The notes below the pieces were generated by a model, which was not told where the DNA came from, searched no databases, and saw only the letters and a program-made list of their open reading frames with translations. Below are positions 13,808-26,467 of a stretch of DNA of 64,000 nucleotides, piece after piece; position 1 is the stretch's first letter; each line of letters opens with the position of its first letter. A program made the position numbers and the translations under genes. The DNA lies in assembly GCA_036172245.1 (NCBI GenBank), contig JAYWIR010000026.1, positions 1 through 64,000 on the forward strand, read 5' to 3'. The DNA comes from Raillietiella orientalis. Its lineage: Eukaryota.

Positions 13808-14840
13808 GCGCCGTCACTTATGGAGAAGCAGCAAAGTTACCGGTATAAATGCTTCGCCGCCTCCGGATGGCTATGTCCGTGCTTAGGCATCCGCCAAACA
13901 CGGATCGGATGTCTCTTGCTAGGTGGAATCCTCTCGAACTCGAGGCTGTTATCTTCTGGAAGAACCGACGGCCTGGATGCTCTCCGACCCACTCGAGATA
14001 GTGGGTGTTCCTCGAGGAACACATGAGACCTCCATACCGTCATATCAGGGTCGATAGAAAGCAAGTTGCATGCATTCACGGATGCGCATATCTCGTCAAC
14101 CACCAACCTTTTTTTTTTGTAGGAGCTTTTCTCGCAAAGCAGGTGGAAGCAGCAATGAGATGCCCCACCGTAAAGTTTGCACGAGTTAGAAACTAGCTCA
14201 GAACACCGCCAATAATCTCAACTTGTACAGCCCAACGAACGGCACCGCTCACCGCGTACATTTTGCGTACGGTAACGACGAATCTGTCGTAACCCTAGAG
14301 TAAACGCTGTTCCACTCTGCCTTCCGCTCCCCAGGGAGCTTTGCCAGCGCTCCTGTCAAAGTTGCTCGCATGAGGGAAGCCACGCCGCACGTATGTGCGA
14401 CGTCGCTCCGCCTTAGTAGAGCTCCTCATGAGCGCTGTTCGATTTCGCCAGCCGATTCATTGAGGAAGCTGTGAATCTTCCGCAGGAGCGTTGAATCGAT
14501 GGCGTACACAGCGTTTGCTGCTTGTCGCCTCCAGTCGTCGTGCTGGAGACCGTTTAGTTTCGTGCACGCCACAGCAACACGACGAGAAGCGGCGATTGCT
14601 TTTATAACGACTGACAAAGCAAGGCCGTGGTGTACGTCTCACTCAGCGAAGGGGAGGTGAGCAGCACGACGGGCTAGAGGGCGCAGTCGCCACCGGCCTC
14701 CACCGTGCTGAACGCCAAAGGCACAGTCGCCACCTGACTCCACCGTGCTGCACGCCATCGAGGGCTCCTATCCGGGTACCGAACCTGTGGGTTCCGGGTG
14801 GAGCGCTAGCCGTTCAGCGGAGAATGTGTCACGCCAGTGG
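13808..14840 (-). mobile_element. Decayed B-related fragment (same family as 1613-3684): ORF1 end and APE
   Basis: 14620-14840 aligns by eye to 3005-3185. IAASRRVAV..NGLQ, HVFLEEH.LSRVGRR, PEAAKHL. Contains a ~40-bp tandem duplication at ~14683-14758. Confidence 0.7.
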
Positions 14841-17299
14841 AGTTGCAAGTGCTCAGGGATGAAGTTTGCCTTCTATTCTTTTAGCACTTGTCATTTCACC
14901 GCTCCACAACCTTCCATTCGCCTTTGCATTTTCCTGCAGCATTCTCCACTTTATTTGCAGGGAGACTCTAGGTGACTCGTCACGGCCTCCTGGGCGTTTC
15001 TTTCGCTTTGCCCCTTATGCTTGGGAATGGGGAATCCTTGATGCCAGTCTCGAGATTCTTCTCCTTGTACAGCGTAAAGGATGCGGCGGCTTAGTGCGTC
15101 ATGTGGTTCTTCAAATAACACGCTAACTTTCGTAATGCTGATTAGCATTCATGGTAACGCTCTGAACTCTTTTTCTTTTTAACACATCCCCTTCAGAGTT
15201 TCAAGTGGATAGAATGACTACCAATGAAGGATTTGATGTTCGGAGTAAAATAAAGTTTCTTCTGGAACGATGCCTCCATTTTGAAGAGAAATGTTTGCGT
15301 TGAAATCTCCTTAAATACAGAGTCCATCCGCCCCTCCCCTTTGGTGTTCGAATGCATCCTTGCACACCTCTCTAAGTGTGCATTTATTTGCGGCACGGAA
15401 ATTGAAATTTTCAATCATCACGAATGGTTTTTTCCTGAAGACTCCATTTTGTCGTTGTGATTTCAAACCTTTCAAATAAGAATTCAACCTTCAGAACACA
15501 CCACTATTCTTACCAACACATCTGAACACCTTATAGGCATCTTTACGACTCTATTCCGCAAAAACATCAATACCAGCATTCAGAAAAATTTATGAGCAAT
15601 GCAATGAACACACGGATGATTTTCCTTGTTCAGATTGGAATGTGCTCGCACTGCCGAGGGAATATTCGGTTTACAGTGCTGCTTGCGTGCGTATGACTGA
15701 TACGTTCACAGATGGGCACCTTCAGCAGAAAGTGCGCATTCCTCTCAAAAGGCATACAGACATAGTTGCATGTGTTTCTGAAAAGTTCATTCGAGAAATG
15801 TATTTCCATATGCACATTTGTGAGTAATGTTTCAACACAATCTGATTCGGAAAATTTATGTTCCTTTTTGGCAAGTTTTTGATACGTACTGAACAGGGAT
15901 TGATGCAGCACCAGAAGAAGTCGAATCGAGTAGTCACTCTTTGTTTCCTTGAGTCTTCCTTTTGGGATTGTTTGCGCTTAACTGACCAACTTCTTCATTG
16001 ATATAGTCAACCGGGTAAAGTTAGTTGATGACACAACAGATTTAGCCTGTGAGGGAAAAGTAGAAAGTAGAGATTATGCATCTCCCACCCTTTCAAGGAA
16101 TGGCCTACAGCACGGCATGGCTGATGAGCTTGTTCATAGCTCATCAGATGGACCATCACCTAAAGCGAATACTCAATTCAAGATCGCTGTGAAAACATCG
16201 AATTAGCAAATTTTCTTTCTCGGGTGTAATCATACAAGCAGCACATTCGCACCAACGAATTTATGGTTGACGAAATTACAAAGCTTGGATTTTGGATTTC
16301 CACTTTTACATTCGGGGTCGATGAGGCTCGTGATCGTTTCTTGCAGTACGTCCATTTTTAAAAGCCGATTGAGAAGAAGCTTAGAAATGTACTGTATGAA
16401 GGGAAGCAAAGAGGTTGCAGATAAAGTGAAGGCGTCCAATTTGCCCAATTTTGGACGTCTCACACGCAGACTTGCTGTGACGTTGATGCACCATCCAAGG
16501 CAGCCAGTTTTTTAGCTTTCAGTCGCCGACCAGCCGATAACTAGGCGAGAAACGCTCGTAACCCGCAGTGGGCTTTATGCTTTTCTTTGAAATAAATTGC
16601 TGTTTATCCTTCGTGGGATCACTTTCAAATATTCTGTTGTCCACCAGTATAGTCGATGAGGGAATCGAATTCTTTTTGATGTACATGAATTTTTCTATGT
16701 GCTTTTCAACCGTTCAAAGAAACTCAAAGAAACAGCTGAATCGAAAACTTCATGATCTCCTGACAACTTCGGAATGCTCTGAGAAAGTCAAGCAGGAAGA
16801 ACAATAAAAGCTAGTGCAAAGTAAAAAAACAACTTGGTGATAAGTTTTGATTGCCCTGTACAGTGATTACCTGCAAGTGATTTCCTTCATGGTTACAGAT
16901 CTGTTCCTCCTACTCCTTGGAGAGATTCGGCCAGCTTACGGTTATCCGCGAGAAAACGATCACGAAAGTTCAGGGTTCCGTTTTCGTCAGGAACGCGTTT
17001 TTATCTTCTTGTCGACGAGTGGACGCCACATAGCTTTGATCATCGCCCTAAGTGCCCTGCCGATGCAACTGAATACTTCTTTTGTCCCTTTTCTAGCAGT
17101 TTCCTTCTGCCTAACATAACTTTGGTAACTTTCCAATTTGCTGGTTGAGTTAGCGCACTTGGGATGAGTCAGGATCTGTGAGGTGAGTTCTAGAACAAGT
17201 GGTGCATAGGATGTCCCAAGCCGATTACTTAGGCTGCAATTCCGATCTCTTTTAGCCGCAGTAGATCACGCCTTTTTCTCCAGATCCACGCGTATTCCC

Positions 17300-17670
17300 A
17301 ACAGTGACAGACGTAAATATTTCCGCACCCTGAAACTGTTTCTTGTATACAGGCAGTGCAGCTGGTTAGCATTAGGGAGATCCAAGTGTTCTACTGCATC
17401 AGAGGAACCATTTGCTGAAGCATATGGCCATATTCCCTCAGGCTAATCTCGTTCCTCACGGCAATCGACGAGAGCACTTCGGATGGTGGCGCTCTTCTAG
17501 AAAGACTCTTCCTGTGCTCACGAAGACGTGGTCCATAGCTTCATCACAAGGGCACGTCCTCCGAACTCGAGCTCCAGCCTTAATCTCTCCAGAGTAAGGA
17601 GGCTTGGTAAACCATTCCAGATGGGAAAACACAATTCTTTGAATTGGGCACGGGACCTCTCTGTACAGAA
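17300..17670 (-). pseudogene. Ancient LINE ORF2 relic (post-RT region)
   Basis: RSRAQFKELCFP.WNG..SLLTLERLRLELEF..AL..KLWTT resembles RSRVRLKDLCAPRRNGGLGLLTLERIQLQ of the younger copies. Confidence 0.55.
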
Positions 17671-18399
17671 GAGAAAGAGAAAGAAGAGAGAAACAACAAG
17701 AGAAACAATCAAGAGAAACAACGTGAAGAAGTCCTAATACCGCTTTTTCATGGTGACAGGGCTCTTCGCAAAGAGGACAGAAATTCTCAGTGCTAACGAG
17801 TGACATGTAAACCAGTGGCTCCTCAAGCACTGCCGGTCGTTCTTTTTGGCTGACAGTGGAAACTTGGCTGATGCGTAGGAGTTAGGTTCTAGGCCTGTCT
17901 CCCGATCATTATCGCCAATCCGTGTGAGCGAATTCTGCAGCAAAGAGTTCCCAAAATTCTGCGGAAAACTCGCACGCGGGGAAGAAATGTTGGCTCTCTC
18001 CTCTGTAGTGGCTGCTGCATTCCTTTCCTCGAAACCTTTCCCGAGATAGTGGTGTGAATGAAGAAAAGTATCGCTAGTGTACTTATTTGCCCAAAGCCCC
18101 TTTCACCCTAGGCATCGCCTTGTTCACTAGAACTGCTGCTGGCATTCCACACCGTGCACTTTGCTACATTGCACCCTTTCGCAGTACCACTTTCTTCCTA
18201 TAAAATGCTATTTCTGGTAAGCATCTAGCTTCCTGCTTTCAGTGCGCCACATTCATAGGGCAATTTACTTTCCAAAGATTGTTTGGTTTCTAGTTGAGTT
18301 GGCAGCATGAATTGAATTTTCCGATTTCTTAGGCGATTTCAAAGTGACTGCCTTCCTTGTGCCCAAAATCTATTTGCGGGAATTTGTGGCTGTCGTGAA

Positions 18400-18950
18400 C
18401 CTATTTCTCTTTTATTAGTTTGCCACGTTGCCTGCAAATGAAAAATTTTCGCATCTTCTCAGCAGCGAGAGCGCCTGATGTTCGTTTCCTGTGACCTTAC
18501 AGAGTGTACAACTTTGAGCCTGACCAAGTAAAACCTGACGATTTCTTTGTTAAGGCATAGTTCTTCTAAGATAAGTGACCTATTCGCTGCACGCGTACGC
18601 ATTTCTTTCAGCCCACTGCACGTGCTGAAAGCCTGGTGTAACACTTTCTTAGTGGCAAACATCATGAACAGCACCGAACTTTGACCGTTCGGTAGCCACC
18701 GCAACTTTCTGCTTATCGGCAGCAATCCTCCTGGATGGTGCAACACGGAATCGCCCTAGGTGATAGAAGAGGTCACATCTCACCTTTCTACACACATTGA
18801 TTTCTATAGTATGCGGTGTACCAACGCTGTAGTTGTACTGCACCGCTCGAATAAGCTACCGCTACCAGCCCTCACCAGCACTCGTCAAGCTTTCTGGAAA
18901 ACGATGAAATTCCTGAAGGATCGAAATGGAAAAGGACTTTGATATCAGAT
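18400..18950 (-). pseudogene. Possible ancient LINE ORF1 relic
   Basis: SKFGAVH..PGFQ and GQAQSCTLCKVTG in shifting frames resemble B ORF1 AKFATVH..KDFP and GKVKTCEQCGKEGH. Confidence 0.35.
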
Positions 18951-21900
18951 GTACTTGTATTTAAGAGGAACTGTTGCATCCATGGACCTCAATACCAAAA
19001 GAAGTCCTGGTCAGCAGGCATATGTTTTTATCCCTGCTGATTGAGGCAGCAACGACTTTCAAAGACATTTCCAATGCGACTTTTGCCATAGGGAGATCAT
19101 CGGGCCCAACTTTTGAAGAGTCAATTCATGTTCAAGGGTCATTGGGAATGTAAAACCTCTCTTTGCCATCCGGGCCTTACTTGAAATGAAAAGCGTTGCT
19201 CAATTGTAGGATCAGCCGAACAACATGCGCACAGACAGGGCGACAGGCACCATCGTCTCTTCGGCTCAACCAGGAGAGAAGGCGTTTCTTGTAGAGTACG
19301 ACCCAATATTTCCAACCACCACAACGGATTGCCCTAGAATGCGGAGTGGCAGCGTTTTCCTGCTCGCTCGCTTTGCGACTGTAAGCTGCTTTTACACCTT
19401 GCAACATTCGGAAGAGCTACTTTCCCTCCGGCTGAAGTTCTTCCTCTCAGAGTAGACAGGGCTGTGAGAACCTTTCGCCTAAGTGATCGAGGAGAAAGCA
19501 AAACTCGAAAGGTTGGTTGTCATCGAAAAGAATCGTCAAGCCAGCGACGTTAATTTCGAAGGAGAAGCCACCCAGCACCTCGATGTGCGTAGGGCCTGGT
19601 CTGCACCTGTTGAAAAGAGAGGACGTCGCTCTGCGAGCTCCAGAACTTCAAAGCACTCGTTTGAGCGTAAAACCTCACAGTGGATTGACTTGCTTATTAC
19701 TTAATATGCGGAAAAAAACACTCCGTTCTATTTAAAAGAAATTGCATGAGAACAAAATGGAAGCGGATTCCAATAAGCGGTGATCCGCTTTTTTTCCCGC
19801 TACCTCATTGCAGCGAACCAAATGCGATCGAGCCATCGCGTAACAGTATGATCTACAAAATCCATGTGAATCACCGCGGATTACGAATAACTCCAAAACA
19901 TATGTTCTTTGTACGTAAGGTGGAATTCCTGTTTTTCTTCGATTATCTTCTGTTTGAATTTGCTTTGGATGAGTTGCTGCTTTCACGGAACATGTAAGGG
20001 CAGTGCGGCTTGCACTCTCCTTCAGGTCTTATCAGTTGACCAACTACGAAACGATGTGCAGCTGCCTACCCGAAACCTTTGCGATATTTCTCTCTTTCGA
20101 GGAACGAATACAATCTAGAAAATGGGATTGGCATCTGTGATGATGATGCTGGTTTCCTTTTTTAGCACTTGCGTCTAGGTTTGAGGATTTCGTGATAACT
20201 GACTCTGAGGTGACCTAATTGTGTAGCCGGAAACACTTGTTCAGCGGTGGAATCTGAATTTATTCTCAGTAAATAGCGCTCATTTCGCAGTTAACCATTA
20301 CAACTTTCGTGTAGTCTTGTTGCTGCATCGAATTCTCCGGTGGGCATCAGTAGGCAATCCACAGGAATTCCGGCAAAATGATTCTTCCTAGGATGCACTT
20401 TGTGAGAGTATTTTGCATCCTCCGCTTCTCAGTTAGGCGGACGGTAATAACATGCGTGGCCACTCTTCAGTGGAACCAGCGCATAGTGGCAAAGCTTCGA
20501 CTGGTCGACTTGTTTCCTTGAAAGCCTTTCTCCTCCTTCACAACACAAAGTGGGCAACTGCGTGCTCCTCGGCCTGTATCTAAAGATGCTTCAGCAGTCA
20601 GAGTCTCCTACTTTCAGAGCTGCAAACTGCGATTCGCGGCACATGGACGTTGGTTCCTTCTATGCGGATTGGCACTCCTAATCGGTTCTCGAACCGCTGT
20701 GGGATGCAGCACGCGCATTGCCACTACTCATAGATAGCACCGTAAGATGCGGGTTGTGCTCAACTTTGATCCTACCTTGCATTATTACGATTAAAATTGT
20801 GATACTATTCTTCCGGATGACATAACAACGTTTCTTGTTAAAGTCTCCCAAGCTAATGCGGAAAATGCGCTTGCAGGTCCAAAGATGAAGACTCTTTAGG
20901 TAAGATTTTATCAGAAGCAGACTCAAAGCTAGGATGCCTTACCAGTGAAGTGCGAAACTTCAGAAGGCTTCCGATATTAAGGTGCATCTCGGGATGACAT
21001 CGCAGCATTCTTGGGAGTGTGGGGACAAGGAACTGGACATCTCAGCGGGAATCCTTGCGTTGTTCAAATGTATCCACAAGGAACGCGCTGCGCTGTAATA
21101 TCGAGAAACACTGTTTGTTTCTGTCGAAGACTGGCACGCGCGAGGGGAATCGAGGTGGTTTCATGCCATTTGACTTTTCTTGCTACATCGAATCCTGGAT
21201 CCTTCCATGGATCAAGCACAACGCTGAAAAATTTTGCAACAAGATGGACCATACATTTCAGCTGCTCCTGCAGGCTCTAGTGCTTCTCTTGGGAATCAGA
21301 ATGCCTGCCGCAGCCGGGTTGAGTTGCAAACGGTCCTGGGAGCACTTGAAATTTTGGAAGTTTACTGGAAACTGTTCGTTGGAAATTCCGTTTGAAGACG
21401 AACCGCCATTAACTTCTTGTAGGGCAGGATGGGGACCTGATACACGGCCAACGGAACGTTAAGAACGATGCTCTGTCAGTGTCACGGTAAGATGACAATA
21501 CGCACTGAGAAATCATATCTTGGTTTCATCAGACAGACGATGGTCTCCCGGAGGATGTAAGTGTCTTCATCAACGGTCCCTGTAATCATGCTTGCACATT
21601 TTCACCTGAAAATGGGTAAGTGACCTTCCCATTTTGGCATCCAAGCATGCACGTTGCTTTCCCTCCTTTGCATTCATATTTCCTTATGACTACCGCATGC
21701 AATTCGAATTTGGACTTCTGTTCTGCGCCTCGATGAGATTCCTATGACAGTTTAAACGCGCAACTCTTTGCTTCTTAATTTCCTCATTTTAAAAGGAACG
21801 AATGCATGTCGATGATCAGCGATGCTTTGTTTTCGTGGTGTTTTCATCACTCCTGATAAACCTGCAAGGAAATGGACCCTCGCAACTGTAAAAAAGTTCA

Positions 21901-24900
21901 CTGCGTGGCTCAGGGTGTTAAACTTTACATCACGAATTTTTCCGATTTGTACACAGCTTTTGAGATGCAAATGAGGAAGTAAAAATGCAAACTTCTCATA
22001 AGAATGATTCAATGCGTTCACCAAACTCGCGGAATGAAAGCATCCAAATCCAACATTGCTGGACAGACTTCCTTTTCAAAGAGCATATATTTCACTTAAC
22101 CAAAACTGTATTTATTTCAGTAACCCTGAAGAGTTGGAGCATACCCTGCGAATATCAACTCCGTTCAGTGTATCATGCAGTTTTCATGAAAACTCTACAT
22201 GCTGGCTGGAATTCGGTCCACATGAGTAATCGGCAGGTCCAGACAAAGGCGTAGAACAGCATACCGTAAAATACCTTGCAAGCATTTAAAAATGATAGAA
22301 AAACTAATCATTTGTGGCTTTGCAAATAAGCCGTTTACCGTTCTTATTTATTTTATTTACTAATATGGCAGCATTATCGAAGAAGCCCATCAATCCACAG
22401 AGCATTCAAACACTTGGTCACCAGGTCTGTGCCTTACGTTCCGAGTCCCCATCAACTGCGGTGCACACATTGATGGCAGTTCGCGAGTGGGGTGCGTCCA
22501 GGTGAAAGATCATCTGATCATCTGACCTGTTTGCGGACACCTTCAGTGCTCTTTCTGAAAGTCATGCAGATGCGCACAACTGATGGCTCCCTAGAAGGAA
22601 ATTTCTCGGCACATGCACAGCGTGCTGCTACATGAATAGGGAGCGAACTCGCTGCTTCGCCGTTGAAGAGAACACGCGGTCATTCCAGAATCTCCTGGCT
22701 TTGAGAAGTAGTCCAATTGCAATCAATGGACGGAAGGCAACGAAGCCAATTAGCTGAGTTAACGGCTGCGATGCAGAAGCAATCACGGCATTAAGCTGCT
22801 GCTATGCATGTCCCAAAATAGGTTAACTCATACGAGAAGCCCGTATGTTGCAGCTTTTAGTCGAATTGTGATAATAACTCAAGAAACAGAAAAACCAAGA
22901 ACTGCTTCCAACTTCCGTGTGTTTCAGCTAAGGCTAAGATGAGCACGTGGGAACCTCTCCGGCATTTTTGTATGCAACCTGGAATCTCATCTGCGAAATT
23001 ATAGCGGGAATTGTAACTATTCTTCATCTACTGGACCACTTGGATGAAAACAACCAAATTCATGTGTCTTAATAAAGCAATGCGTCTGCAATCTTGAGAT
23101 GAGCCAGAATAACCTTATATTTTGAGTTGTACGTGCACTACTCAAAGAATTGCGCTGAAACAAAAAGTTCTGGATCTGTCTTCAGTGATCTCTTCTGTTT
23201 GAAGCCAGACTTGAATTTAGCACTCGATAAATGACGAAGGCTGAGGCGAGCTTCTGCAGCACCCCCCATCATTCTTGCAATGGGATATCCCCTATTCAAT
23301 TTTCTTCTCGAAACTTGCGAGGTTTTCAGCATATCATGCATGTAAAACATCGCGCGCATCTCTGCTCCAGCTTCCATACTTTCTTCAGAGGAAGCATCGT
23401 AGGCGTCTTCGCGGTCAATTGGAAGAATTCGCGCATCAACTGTTTCTGGAGGAAAAATTCCTATGGAACACGACGGACTACCCGCATTCCTTCTTACCAA
23501 GTTCTTGGCAGCTGGTAATTCCAGTGGCTAAGGAGACTTCTAGCATTCCTTGCGTACCCCACTGAGGTGAGCAGAGGCAATCTCTCACCGATAGTCCATG
23601 CCGATGATTTCTCTAAATTATTTCTAAAAATTCTGCTTGCACTAATTTTTACTCTCTTCTTTCGGGTCACTTGCATCACAAACAGTCACGCCACCTACTG
23701 TCCTCTGCTTTCCTTGATGATTCAACAGCTGATTGTGACCATTAAGACGACTATCTTCATCCATCACATTTCTTCAGTCGCACTAATCCAATGCACGCAA
23801 TATCGAAACGAATAACATCGTCTTCTCTCCTTCCATTTTCAGTAAATACAAATCTTATAGTTCAATCCATATCATATCATCAAGATCACCACGGGAAACA
23901 TTCTCTCTTTGGTATTCTGATATCGTCCCATCATTCTCACACCGCCATTCCCACTTGTTACCATGCAAGCAGCTGTAGCACTTATTCAAGGTTACATAGC
24001 CTTTCTACCAGAACCTCTCAATTTACAAAAATGCATTCGATATCAATACAGCTACTGTCTGTTTTACACCCCTGCATGCAGAACTCAACACTCACACTTT
24101 CTCAGCCCCACCGATAATTCTCTAACTAATCTTTACATACGCATGAAGACACTCTTTTTCTATGTCACAAATTTAGGTACATTTATCCAGCAGAACAGCA
24201 GTTTGCATTTCTGTATATATTTGCAAAAATGAAAATTCGCACCCAACACTGCAGCGTTCAAATCCATTCTGCGAAGAACTGTCTCACTCATTGCTTTCTT
24301 TTGAACATTCTTCAATGTTGGATTGTGGGTAAACTGAGAATTCACCATCTCCAGACACTCGTTTAACAGATTTGCTGGATACGGATGGGATGCAATGGTC
24401 TTTGCTCGACAGTATTTACTGCTATGGTAATCCGAAGTACTTCAGTGATTGCTGGGTTTCTTTGTTCTAGAATCATTTTGTTTTGAAGTTTTATTTTTTT
24501 ACTTTCTTCTTCTTGAGGTCTCTCTGTGTAACTCACACATCATTGATGTCGAGTGAGTACCATTGATTTGAACTCAGGCATACCACTGTTAAGGCAATTC
24601 ATTTCCTGAAATCAAAACACCTCAGAATTTCAGTAGACTGTCCTTCGGACTGCTTGGGGCCTAGAGACTTCTGGCGCATTGGTAAGCTCCAAGGAGAAAT
24701 TCAATACTGAATAGTAAGTAAAGATCATTCGGATCGGCGTTCGAGAGGAGGAACACTTTGCCATCATGCCTGCGGGCAGGACTGAATATACGAAGACACG
24801 GTACTCAAACGCGGCACTCGTGTTGCGTCTTCGGGGAGGGAATGCCCCTCCCCGAAGTTCCTTTATCGCAAAAATTCCGGGCACGGAAAAACGAATTGCC

Positions 24901-25002
24901 CGGAACTTGCTAGAAAAAGGTTCCCATCGGTACTTTCACACCGGTCAAAGAGACCACAGCAGAAAAAGCCGCTGCGCTTCCGAAGAGGTCGGGTCCGCAA
25001 AG

Positions 25003-26464
25003 TTTGTTACCCGGTCACGGCGGGACGTTTATTGTTATAAACTAGCTGCAAACAGTTGTTTCCAACCAACGACTACAAAAACCAACAACGGAGATCCCCC
25101 ACTGGCACGCAGACCAGGAAAACGGAAGGACCTGAACGGATGGAGGAGGAAGGGACTAGGAAAGAACATAGAAAAAAAACAAAAAAAACAAATAGGAGGA
25201 ATGGGCCAAGGAACTTTGGTAACGCTCCGTATTCACCGCAAAAAATAAAAAGTAAAAGCATCAAAGGCACTAAGGAGAAAATGGGAAGTGGGGCGCAAGA
25301 ACAAAAATAAAGTGAACAGGGTGATGCAGGAGGATGACCGGGTTCGTCGTTCCAAACCGTGTATCATACGGCGATAAATGCCAGTAAGCTCCTCCGTTGC
25401 ATTTTCGTCCAGGTGTCGCCACCCAGCTGCTGCTCTGACGAAGTCGGCTGCCTTCCTGGCGACACAGCATCGCTCAACAGTATTGTCCAGCACGTCTCGG
25501 ACCGTGACGATGACGCGGATGCAACCAACTGTAGAAATCATCGGAGCCGTCGAAAGTCCGTGGGCTTGGAAGAAACTTCGCACCACTTCTCGGGCGGTGA
25601 CCCTCGGTAGCAGGAGTGCTGCTTCCAACTTCCGCCAGGGTTCCTGGAGGGCACTACAGTCCAAAACAAGGTGCACAAAAGACTCCGTCGCACCGCACCG
25701 GCCACAGAAGGGTGAAGCCACCCCACCGAATACTCGGTGGCGCCGCTTGTTGTAGCGCAAGCCCCAGTGCAACAAGAGAAAGACGCCTTGCTTCCATGCA
25801 AGGGAAAACTTCGAGCCGTCGAAACAGCAGGAAGGGATCAGAAGTTCCTCCGGGGAAACACCAAAAGTTCTTTCCACCAAAGTAACCCATTTGGTGTAGC
25901 ACGAGGAGTGGCGGCATCCGCAAGCTCGCTCGTGGCCCATTGGCCAAGTGGTTTCGTTATTCCTGCAATGGTGCAGGGGAACTCCCACCTTGACGGAAAG
26001 CTACTGTCTTCTCGAAACTCGAGGGAACACAATGCTCCGGCAAGGGACGTATCGGCTAGGGAGGAAAACTTCACATCGTCATGCATCACATCTTGAAGTG
26101 ACCAAGGTTGAAAGTGACGCAGGGGGGGAAGATTTTCTAGGCTCATTCCTAAGGATGCAGCCAAGCAATCAATGGATTATTGCCGCCAAGCATTGTAGTT
26201 CATTGGGCGGCAGGAAATCCATGTGTTTGCTTCCAACATGGTGGTGAGCTCCCTCAAAGGATACCCAAATCCCTGTCTCCTGTGAAGCATGTCTGTCACC
26301 AGGGAAAGAAGTCCTTCGCTGCCGGCACACCTCCGTAGCAGGATGCGCGCGGGCGCACACAGGAGGGAAGTCTATAGCTCGGCACACAGTGCCAGGATCC
26401 GAAACTGCACTTGCAGTCCGATCCGCTTTATCGTCAGGATGCCAAGACCGACATCGCGGCATGC
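25003..26464 (-). mobile_element. B-related LINE 3' part (post-RT region, zinc finger, 3' UTR)
   Basis: RDVGLGILT..RIGLQVQFR, ELADAATPR, CGRCGATESFVHLVLDC; ends AATAAACGTCCCGCCGTGACCGGGTAACAAA (25033-25003). Confidence 0.85.
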
Positions 26465-26467
26465 GAT

